Source: an uncultured virus (IMG/VR IMGVR_UViG_3300006621_000005)
Taxonomy: Duplodnaviria > Heunggongvirae > Uroviricota > Caudoviricetes
Strand: one strand, 5' to 3'
Virus record (IMG/VR): IMGVR_UViG_3300006621_000005
DNA: 20,000 bases
A program made the translations under genes and the position numbers. Below are positions 8,314 to 16,045 of this stretch, one piece after another. Each line of letters opens with the position of its first letter. Position 1 is the stretch's first letter. The notes under the pieces were generated by a model, which saw only the letters and a list, made by a program, of their open reading frames with translations, searched no databases and was not told the DNA's origin.

Positions 8314-10173
8314 ATGGCATTACAAAACTTAAAAACATATTTCGAAGGAGCTAACACTGCAGACGTTGATAAACTTCTCAACCACAAATGTATTGTGACA
8401 GAGAAAATTAACGGCTCATCTTTTCATGCAAGAAGACAAGGTACTGATTTTGCGTACTACAAATCTGGTTCAAAGCAACAGATGGATATAGTAGACCGTA
8501 CAATTGTCAGATATTATGAGAATGCAATTCGCCACTTTAAATCAGTTTCTAAAGATGTTATAGAGGATATGCCATTTGACTGGAAATTCGGATTTGAATA
8601 TTTAGGTGATAATAAAACAATTGATGTTGAGTACGATATTTTACCAGAATCAAATTTAATATTAACACATATACAAGTTTTACAACCATCTAATCCTAAT
8701 AAAGTTAGAAAGGTAATTAGAGATAGTAAGATACTTAATAAGTGGGCAGACAAACTAGGTGTTACAAAACCACCTATATTATTTGAAGGCTTACTTGACT
8801 CTGGCCAAAAAGACAGGTTAAAACAAATTCTTGCAATGTCAATTAATGAATTTGAACAGACGTTTGAAGACTTTGAAAAGCCATCTTTTACAAGAACATT
8901 ATTCGGCATCTTCAATGAGAATATGAAGCAGTCTGCTTTAATGAATGATCTTTCAAAAGACGTTGCAGGGTTTATTGTTAATTTTCATGACGGAACAGAA
9001 TTACAATCTTTTAAATTAGAGAAGTTTAATAAAAAACCGATGGATCCAAGAAAACCATCAGATATGTATCAAATTACAATTTTAGATGTTGTAGAACATT
9101 TATCACAATTTGATTTTTCATCAATAGAATTAAAAGAGGAAAATGCTGATAGAAGATATTTAGAATTAATGTCATCTATTTTTAATAATTATGTAGAAAA
9201 AAATGCTACAAAATATATTGGAGCTAAATTTGACTCTGCTGATTTTTCTGAATCTCCAATGTTTGAATTAAACCACAAGTTTATTCAAAATGAAAAGACA
9301 CTTACTTTAGTACAAGATAAAATTTTATCTGAGTTATTTAAGATCGTACTAGGCTCTTTTAGAAAAAAGAGAACTAAAGAAACAGATCTTATTAATAAAG
9401 ATTTAATGGAGCAAATCAACGAGATTGTTGAAACTATTGAAGGTTTAATAATGGCAAAATCAAATGAATCAGATGTAATGAATTTTAAAAAATATTTATT
9501 AAATCAAAAAATTTCAGCTCAAGTTAGTCCAATTATGGAAGGCTTAACTGTAAAATACAAAAACCAAGGTAAGAAGCCTGTAAATATGTTTGTTGGTAGA
9601 TTCCAGCCATTTACATTAGGCCATGCTAAAGTTATTGAAACTATCTATAAACAAAATGGTTATCCTGTAGTTATCTTTTTAATTAAGTCTAAGACTAAGA
9701 AAGCCGAAGATGCGTTTAAAAGACCTTACGATGAAGATACTCAATTATCAATGTTACAAAAATTAAAGTCTTCATATCCAATTGAAGATGTAAAGATTTT
9801 ACCTACTGCAGCAATTGATAAAATGTTTAACGAATTAAGACCACAATACGAACCAGTATTATGGGGAACTGGAACTGATAGAATGAAAGTTTATAGCTAT
9901 CAAGCAGATAAACAAGAATATAGAGACGATTTAGGTGTAAGAGATGATTTTGGTTTATTTGAAATTCCAAGATCAGGTAAGAATATCTCAGCCACTCAGG
10001 TTAGAAACGCAATGCTGGATAGTGATGAAAAACTATTTAAAAAATTAACTCCTAAAGACATACATGGTATGTATGGAGAACTAAAAATGAAATTAGAAGA
10101 CTCGATGGGTGTTGCTGCAGAATCTGCACAACCAGAATTCCTAACCTTCGATGATTTTTTGAAGAATATATAA
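8314..10173 (+). CDS. Fusion: ligase-fold N-domain + HIGH-type (cytidylyl/NMN adenylyltransferase-like) C-domain
   Basis: N-domain VTEKINGSS (motif I), with a degenerate motif IV (AGFIV) and FKL. C-domain GRFQPFTLGH (HxGH variant), GTDR and ISATQVR, typical of the CTP_transf-like/NMNAT family. The C-terminal FLTFDDFLKN resembles the targeting peptide. Confidence 0.75.
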   Translation: MALQNLKTYFEGANTADVDKLLNHKCIVTEKINGSSFHARRQGTDFAYYKSGSKQQMDIVDRTIVRYYENAIRHFKSVSKDVIEDMPFDWKFGFEYLGDNKTIDVEYDILPESNLILTHIQVLQPSNPNKVRKVIRDSKILNKWADKLGVTKPPILFEGLLDSGQKDRLKQILAMSINEFEQTFEDFEKPSFTRTLFGIFNENMKQSALMNDLSKDVAGFIVNFHDGTELQSFKLEKFNKKPMDPRKPSDMYQITILDVVEHLSQFDFSSIELKEENADRRYLELMSSIFNNYVEKNATKYIGAKFDSADFSESPMFELNHKFIQNEKTLTLVQDKILSELFKIVLGSFRKKRTKETDLINKDLMEQINEIVETIEGLIMAKSNESDVMNFKKYLLNQKISAQVSPIMEGLTVKYKNQGKKPVNMFVGRFQPFTLGHAKVIETIYKQNGYPVVIFLIKSKTKKAEDAFKRPYDEDTQLSMLQKLKSSYPIEDVKILPTAAIDKMFNELRPQYEPVLWGTGTDRMKVYSYQADKQEYRDDLGVRDDFGLFEIPRSGKNISATQVRNAMLDSDEKLFKKLTPKDIHGMYGELKMKLEDSMGVAAESAQPEFLTFDDFLKNI

Positions 10174-10192
10174 ACAAATATAGCATATTAAT

Positions 10193-10591
10193 ATGAAAAA
10201 TATAAAAACATTCGAAGACTTTAGAGATTCAGTAAATGAGTCTATTCAATTCGGTTCTTATTATTATAGCACTAGAACAGCATTTGGCGAGCATAGTGAC
10301 AACCTACCACAAAAAGGCGATACAAAGTATTTAGTATTTGCTCATAATGAAGTAGACTTCTATGGTCAAAGAATTAGATTAGAAGCAGGCACTACTTTGG
10401 GTGGTCCAGGTTCAAAACAACATATTGGTATTTTTGACGATGAGGCTTCTGCAGCAGAAGCATATAAGACTGCTATGAAAAAACCAGAAGGTGTATTACT
10501 TTCATTTTCAATGGGAACGCTTTACGCAAAGTCTAAATTCGCGTTTCAATATGAAGAAACACAGGGTAAACTAGCAAAAATTAAAGCATAA
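10193..10591 (+). CDS. Putative capsid-internal protein (132 aa)
   Basis: N-terminus MKNIKTFEDFRDSVNE resembles the T4 internal-protein capsid targeting sequence (IPIII MKTYQEFIAE); AATATATAAA motif at 10165 upstream. Confidence 0.65.
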   Translation: MKNIKTFEDFRDSVNESIQFGSYYYSTRTAFGEHSDNLPQKGDTKYLVFAHNEVDFYGQRIRLEAGTTLGGPGSKQHIGIFDDEASAAEAYKTAMKKPEGVLLSFSMGTLYAKSKFAFQYEETQGKLAKIKA

Positions 10592-10593
10592 TC

Positions 10594-13314
10594 ATGAAAA
10601 ACTTCGAAGACTTTTTATCGGAAGGCAAGAAACTGCAAATCAAAAGAAAATACACAGAGAACCACCCTGCTCAAACTGTAGGTAAAACTGCTAATGTAAG
10701 AAACGCAGTTCTACAAGCTATCAAAGATGGTGTGGTGACAAGAGAAGAGTTTAATAAGATTCTTTCTGAATTATCTTCTAGTGCAAATCAATGGGCTTCT
10801 AGAAATAGAAAGTATTTCAATGTTTCGGAAGAAGGTATTAAACTTTCAAAGTGGGGTCGTAGAATTCTAGCTGAACTAGATGAAACTCCTAAAGCTGCTG
10901 AGATTAACGAGAAGCTTAAGGTGACTAAAGATAAATGGCCTTATATTGAAATCAAAGATGGTGGTAAAAAGTATCAAATAGAATTTGATGACTATGATGT
11001 TATTGACGATCACGGTAATGAAGGTAAAGATCTTTATTTTATGGGCTATGACCAAAATGGTGATATGTGGGAAATTGATGTCTATGCAGATTATAGAGAT
11101 GAAGTACAAGATATTCATTATGATACTTTAACAAAAGTAGATGAATCAGTAGTTACAGAAAAAGTTAGTTTTGCTCAAATGAAAAAAGATAGTAAAACTA
11201 AAGAGTATAAAGAAGTTTCAAATGCACTCCGCGATGATACAGAAGAGGTTTCAGATATTTGGAATATGTTAGATCCTAAAATGTTTAAATTTACAGAAAG
11301 TGAATTTGAAGATATATTCGATGAGTGGTGGAATACACAGTCATACGATAGTCTTGAAGATTTTTGTAGAAACGGAAGCTTTGAAGACACGCATTCATTA
11401 TATAAACACTTATTGCCATACGTTGTTGAATCTGTAGTTACTGAAAGTGTTGTATATAACAGTAGTAATACAAAACCATCTGCTGCTAAAAACGCTGAAA
11501 AAGAATTTGGGCATTTATTACCTAAACCAAATAAAGGCATTAAACCTTATGTATTTGCAGTAATAAAAACTCCCCGTAGAAATTATAGATTAGCTATTAA
11601 GTCTGGGTCTTACATTGCACATGAGTTCCTTTCAAAGCTTGGAGAGGATAGAATATTAACTGCAGATGATGTGAAGAACGCAGTAAATCATATTATTAGA
11701 CTTAATCCAGATGAATTTAATGAATCTGTAGTTACTGAAGCAAAATTTGTAAAAGACTTTGATAAAGCAGTTCTAGATGCTGAGACAGAAAAAGATGTTT
11801 TAAAAGTATATCCTAAAGCTGAATTTTATGTAGGTAAAATGTCACATTTCTTTGGAGAACTAGAACCAAACTTATTCTTTAAAGCTTATTATGCTAAATA
11901 CTATAAACAAGATACTGGTAAATCAATCAAAGGTGACTTTAAAATCACTACAGTCTACTCAGAAAAAGGTAGCAAATATGTAAACCTATATTTAGAAGAA
12001 TCTGTAGTTACTGAAAACTATGAAGTAATCTATAGCGATGGTATTTCTCAGATGAAAAAATTCAGAAGAGAAACACAAGCTATTGATTTCATGAAAAAAG
12101 AAATAGCTTCTAATAAGAAATTAAGAGATATTGCAGTCTATAAACCAGGTATGCATTCAACTACTCAAACTGAATTAGTTGTTAAATTCTGGGGAGAAGG
12201 ATCTTACTTAGATAATGTTTCTAAAAGAGATAAAGATTTAGCTGCTAAAAAATTACAAGAAAATACTGATATGGAAAATGAAATAAATTTATTCGAATCA
12301 TTTAGCGACTTCGTTGGTGCTAACTTTCTTAACGAGGCAATTAAATCATCTATTTTAAGAACAGTTTTATCAAACGGTAGAGAGGGTAAAGAAGCTAAGA
12401 AAAATCTTTCTAATTTAGCTAAAGGTTTTTACAACCTATCTAAAGTAGCTCTTGATAAAATCGAAGATGAAGACTTTATTGTTAGTAATGACGTATCAAA
12501 GGTATTCAAAAACTACGGCGGCTCAAGCCACGTACTTTTCTTTATCTCAGATAACGAGAAAGAAAATCCATACTATGACCATAACAACGGATCATGGAAT
12601 GACTATAAAATGGTTCCAGGTGGAGGTATTATATTAGCAGCTATGTCTGGTGACAGACAGTTCTATGCTAATGAATGGTCAAGATGGTCAGGTGGTAGAG
12701 CTTGGTCTAAGAATAAAAAAGGTGATGCAGACCAAATAGGTATCAACCACAAATACAGAGGTTGGGGCGCATCGGGTCTTAACAACGGTAAGAGAATTGC
12801 AGAGATGTCTGATAGAGTTATTGTTATTAACCTAGAACTAATTAGACAAAAGTATTCTACTCAACAATTGAGAGATGCAAGAGCAGCAGCTAAAGCAGAT
12901 GCAACGGCATTCAAATCTGATAAAGACTTTAGAGATGCTAACAAAAATAGATACCACAAGATCTTAGCTGATAAAGCAGCAAGCTTACCACTGGATAAAA
13001 TGGTATCAGATGCTATCGATAAACTGGCTAAACAAATCTCAGATGGTTTAAAGAAAGGTGAGAAGACTAGATACCAAGAAATTAAAATTGGTGAATCTCC
13101 AAAAGGTAAAGAAGTAAAAGCAAAAGATGCATCTCAACACATGTCAAATATTTTAGATGACTATGCTAGATATGTAGATTACATTAGACAGGCAGAAGAA
13201 TCTGAAGCTAGATATGGTGAAAGAGAATCTTACTACGAAAGAGAGTCTAAGAACTATGCAAAAAACATTAAAGAAAGAATAAACAAGATCGATAGTTTCG
13301 ACTACGCTTGGTAA
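10594..13314 (+). CDS. Modular capsid-internal polyprotein (906 aa) with four ESVVTE linkers
   Basis: N-terminal MKNFEDFLSE; possible winged-helix first module (..IKLSKWGRRIL); EINE linker near 10900; ESVVTE at 11143, 11428, 11722 and 11998; internal MENEINLFESFSDF...FLNE at 12271. Confidence 0.75.
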   Translation: MKNFEDFLSEGKKLQIKRKYTENHPAQTVGKTANVRNAVLQAIKDGVVTREEFNKILSELSSSANQWASRNRKYFNVSEEGIKLSKWGRRILAELDETPKAAEINEKLKVTKDKWPYIEIKDGGKKYQIEFDDYDVIDDHGNEGKDLYFMGYDQNGDMWEIDVYADYRDEVQDIHYDTLTKVDESVVTEKVSFAQMKKDSKTKEYKEVSNALRDDTEEVSDIWNMLDPKMFKFTESEFEDIFDEWWNTQSYDSLEDFCRNGSFEDTHSLYKHLLPYVVESVVTESVVYNSSNTKPSAAKNAEKEFGHLLPKPNKGIKPYVFAVIKTPRRNYRLAIKSGSYIAHEFLSKLGEDRILTADDVKNAVNHIIRLNPDEFNESVVTEAKFVKDFDKAVLDAETEKDVLKVYPKAEFYVGKMSHFFGELEPNLFFKAYYAKYYKQDTGKSIKGDFKITTVYSEKGSKYVNLYLEESVVTENYEVIYSDGISQMKKFRRETQAIDFMKKEIASNKKLRDIAVYKPGMHSTTQTELVVKFWGEGSYLDNVSKRDKDLAAKKLQENTDMENEINLFESFSDFVGANFLNEAIKSSILRTVLSNGREGKEAKKNLSNLAKGFYNLSKVALDKIEDEDFIVSNDVSKVFKNYGGSSHVLFFISDNEKENPYYDHNNGSWNDYKMVPGGGIILAAMSGDRQFYANEWSRWSGGRAWSKNKKGDADQIGINHKYRGWGASGLNNGKRIAEMSDRVIVINLELIRQKYSTQQLRDARAAAKADATAFKSDKDFRDANKNRYHKILADKAASLPLDKMVSDAIDKLAKQISDGLKKGEKTRYQEIKIGESPKGKEVKAKDASQHMSNILDDYARYVDYIRQAEESEARYGERESYYERESKNYAKNIKERINKIDSFDYAW
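11143..12015 (+). repeat. Array of four 18-bp direct repeats GAATC(T/A)GTAGTTAC(T/A)GAA separated by unique coding modules
   Basis: Copies at 11143-11160, 11428-11445, 11722-11739 and 11998-12015 (the last three identical); periods 285, 294 and 276 nt. Further copies at 15103-15120 and 15520-15537. Confidence 0.9.
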
Positions 13315-13331
13315 TATAACATAATAGAGAT

Positions 13332-13874
13332 ATGAAAAGAATTCCAACATTCGAACAATTTGTAAACGAGAAAGTATATAGACTTTCAGGTTACTATGCA
13401 CAAAAAGGTTTTTTAGGTAAAATCTTTCAAGCCTTTAAGAAGCAAATAGAAAAGGTTCAATATGAAGGTGATGGTGCAGGTACAATTGAAGAAGTCAACA
13501 AAGCATGGGAGAAGTTCCAAGATACTGCTAAGAAAATGATTTTAGATCAAGTTGAAAAAGCAGTTAAAGATATGGACAAAGTCCTTTATGTAACAGCAGA
13601 TTTCTCTAAATGGACCATTGATGAAGTAAACGGTCTTAATCAAGACGGTGGAAGTGAATTATACATTTCATTATTCGATGGAGATCTAATAATCAATGTA
13701 GGTTTTATGGATGACGTTGATGCATCTAAATACAAAAGAAAATTCGATAAAGAGGCATATAACAACTCGGCGATTGCATCAGATGACGATGTAATCTACG
13801 GTGAACTTTCTCCAGTAGGTGATAACAACCTAGAGCTAAGAGGCGGTGAAGTTATGTCAATTGACGCAAAGTAA
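13332..13874 (+). CDS. Putative capsid-internal protein (180 aa)
   Basis: N-terminus MKRIPTFEQFVNE is targeting-like and ends in V-x-E; the remainder is unrecognised. Confidence 0.65.
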   Translation: MKRIPTFEQFVNEKVYRLSGYYAQKGFLGKIFQAFKKQIEKVQYEGDGAGTIEEVNKAWEKFQDTAKKMILDQVEKAVKDMDKVLYVTADFSKWTIDEVNGLNQDGGSELYISLFDGDLIINVGFMDDVDASKYKRKFDKEAYNNSAIASDDDVIYGELSPVGDNNLELRGGEVMSIDAK

Positions 13875-13875
13875 T

Positions 13876-15810
13876 ATGCCATCTGTAAGTAAGTCACAAC
13901 AAAGATTAATGGGCATGGCATACGCTGTTAAATCTGGTGATATGGAAATCTCAGATATTGACCCAGCTTACAGAGATAAAGTAAAATCATTATCAGACGG
14001 AATGACAAAGAAAGACTTAAAGAAATACGCTTCAACAAAACATGATAATTTACCAGAGACGGTAGATGAATCAAGTTTCGAAGTAGGAGCTGGAAGAATA
14101 ACTCCTAGTGCCAACATCGGCGGTATGGGTCCTGTGGTTCTACCTTCTGATGGTGGTGTAGGTTCTGGTGATGTTCCTGCAGTTGCAGATATAGATGATG
14201 ACGAGGAAGAGTCTAAGAAAGACAAAACAAAAAAGAAATTAGAAATGGAGAACTTTAATCTATATACACAATTTAATTCATTTGTAAATGAATCACTTAA
14301 TGAAGCATTTAAGTTCGGTAAGAAAAATCAATACTCAATCGACGATGTAAATGAAGCCTATGGTTTCTGGGGTACATTAGAACTTGCAGGTTTTAAACGT
14401 AGAGAGATTGAAGATAACTGGCATTCTGCAATGGCATGGTTAACTGAATCTTACAAATTCTCTGATGCAGGTGCACTTTATTACTTAAATGCAAAAGCAG
14501 GTAGATGGATTGCAGACCAAGTTATTGAACAAAAAGGTAACAGAGATGTAGTTGATGTATTAGAAGATTATGCTACTCCAGCTGAATGGAAGAAGTGGTC
14601 AAAAGAGTATAACAAGTTTGCTCAAGAAGAAATGATGTCTGAATCAATGGACGAGGCTCTTTTAGAAAATGCTGTTAGAGATTTACATTTTGAAACAGAT
14701 CCTAAGAAGGCTGAAGACATGAAGATTGCAATCGGTGCTTCACAAGGAGAAGTTACAAGAAGAAAACAAATCGAAGGCGGCGAGTATTCATTAAGAAGAT
14801 TTAGAAAAGAAATTAAGTATGGTGATGGTAAAGACCTAGGAGTATTTCTTCCAGGTAGTTATGATGCTGCAACTTCTAAATTAGGAGATGGACCACATAA
14901 GAAAGCTGTTAAGAAAGTAAAATGGAATAGAAAGAAATATGACCAATGGCTTGAAGATGTTGCATCAAACGATGGTTGGAAGAACGCATTTGATATGGCA
15001 CAAAATGCTAAACACGAACCAGGTCTATTACAATGGGCTAAGAAAGAATTTAGAGGTGAAGATGTAATGCAAAGAATCCAATGGGATATTGAAGCTTTCG
15101 CAGAATCAGTAGTTACTGAGGCAAAAGCAGTAAAACGTTTTGATAAAAAACTTATAGACACTAATTTTCAAGTTCATCAAGAAGATACACTAAAAACAAT
15201 CTATAAAGGATTATCTGTTACTGTTGACTACGAAATCGAAAAAAAATGGCGCGAGCTAAAGGGTCTTGAAGAACTTCCGGAGGAATGGAGAGGACAGCAG
15301 ATAGGTAAAGTTTATCAACTAAAAAGAAATTTATATCTTTGGGTAAAAGATATGGAAGATACTAGAAATGGGCGTGCGGCTAGAGATGAGTTTGGTGATG
15401 CACTTTTTAATGTTATGTCAATTTTTACATTCGACGGCGACGAAATCGTTATATTATGGGAAAGACCAGCAAACTTTAAAGTAGCTACTTATGGTGGCCC
15501 TGGAGTTAATCTTCAATATGAATCTGTAGTTAACGAGAAGAAACTAGACAGAGATGATATGATAAAGTGGATTGAGAAGTATATGGACTTTGTAAGAACT
15601 ACTGAAGAGTTCAACGGTTCTCAGGGCGGTATCTGGGTTTCAGGTGAAAATATGGACGAGTATAAGGGTAGAGTAATTTATGACTACTACTCTGAAGACT
15701 ACAAGAACAGAACGTTTGGTGTAGATAACAAGTGGGAAAAGGAACTTAATAAAAAAGGATGGTATAGTGAATGGCATGACGCAGGCACATCCATGATTTG
15801 GCCACTATAA
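13876..15810 (+). CDS. Modular capsid-internal polyprotein (644 aa) with N-terminal DUF3008-like domain
   Basis: The ATG at 13876 follows the previous stop (preferred over 13846). MPSVSKSQQRLMGMAYAVKSG...LKKYASTKHDNLPE is DUF3008-like. Internal MENFNLYTQFNSFVNESLNE at 14245; linkers ESMDEALLE, ESVVTE (15103) and ESVVNE (15520). Confidence 0.72.
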   Translation: MPSVSKSQQRLMGMAYAVKSGDMEISDIDPAYRDKVKSLSDGMTKKDLKKYASTKHDNLPETVDESSFEVGAGRITPSANIGGMGPVVLPSDGGVGSGDVPAVADIDDDEEESKKDKTKKKLEMENFNLYTQFNSFVNESLNEAFKFGKKNQYSIDDVNEAYGFWGTLELAGFKRREIEDNWHSAMAWLTESYKFSDAGALYYLNAKAGRWIADQVIEQKGNRDVVDVLEDYATPAEWKKWSKEYNKFAQEEMMSESMDEALLENAVRDLHFETDPKKAEDMKIAIGASQGEVTRRKQIEGGEYSLRRFRKEIKYGDGKDLGVFLPGSYDAATSKLGDGPHKKAVKKVKWNRKKYDQWLEDVASNDGWKNAFDMAQNAKHEPGLLQWAKKEFRGEDVMQRIQWDIEAFAESVVTEAKAVKRFDKKLIDTNFQVHQEDTLKTIYKGLSVTVDYEIEKKWRELKGLEELPEEWRGQQIGKVYQLKRNLYLWVKDMEDTRNGRAARDEFGDALFNVMSIFTFDGDEIVILWERPANFKVATYGGPGVNLQYESVVNEKKLDRDDMIKWIEKYMDFVRTTEEFNGSQGGIWVSGENMDEYKGRVIYDYYSEDYKNRTFGVDNKWEKELNKKGWYSEWHDAGTSMIWPL

Positions 15811-15816
15811 AGGACA

Positions 15817-15882
15817 AACTTTTTACAAAATAATTAGCCTGATATTTTTTTATGTCAGGCTTTTTTATTATATTAGTACTGT
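15817..15882 (+). promoter_or_regulatory. Conserved 66-bp early-promoter-like element, copy B
   Basis: 53/66 ungapped identity to 806-871(-); TATATTAG box at 15869-15876; a gene start follows at 15884. Confidence 0.75.
15836..15866 (+). terminator. Probable intrinsic terminator of the virion-protein block
   Basis: Stem AGCCTGA (15836-15842)/TCAGGCT (15855-15861) followed by a T-tract, 25 nt after the stop at 15810. Confidence 0.6.
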
Positions 15883-15883
15883 G

Positions 15884-16045
15884 ATGAGCAAGAAAAAGAA
15901 ACATGATGACAAATTGGACTTCAACGGAGGCTGGACCTCTGGTGAGGCTGCACATCATATTTCTAAGAAGATGACACAACAAACAGTGTCTGATAAAACC
16001 AAATACTCAAGAAAGAAAAAACATAAAAATAAAGATGATGAGTAA
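15884..16045 (+). CDS. Small basic protein (53 aa) with ArfA-like KxxYxRKxKH motif
   Basis: Not in the track; hand translation MSKKKKHDDKLDFNGGWTSGEAAHHISKKMTQQTVSDKTKYSRKKKHKNKDDE. Starts just after promoter copy B and overlaps the next start. Confidence 0.6.
   Translation: MSKKKKHDDKLDFNGGWTSGEAAHHISKKMTQQTVSDKTKYSRKKKHKNKDDE

Noticed and set aside
9583..10080. Calling the HIGH domain a definite NMNAT of an NAD+ reconstitution pathway
   Set aside because: The motif is TxGH rather than HxGH, the family includes many cytidylyltransferase-like proteins of unknown substrate, and no Nampt, Adps or Namat partner is present in the window.
11143..12015. CRISPR array
   Set aside because: Repeats are only 18 bp, spacers are ~260-275 bp, everything is in frame within a long ORF, and no cas genes are present.
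6519..15161. Minus-strand ORFs in the track (6519-6818, 6547-7017, 7017-7490, 7950-8387, 8514-8915, 10876-11118, 11175-11540, 13153-13401, 13968-14225, 14859-15161) and similar ones elsewhere
   Set aside because: They are Ser/Phe-rich antisense shadows of Glu/Lys-rich plus-strand genes, with no motifs or promoters.
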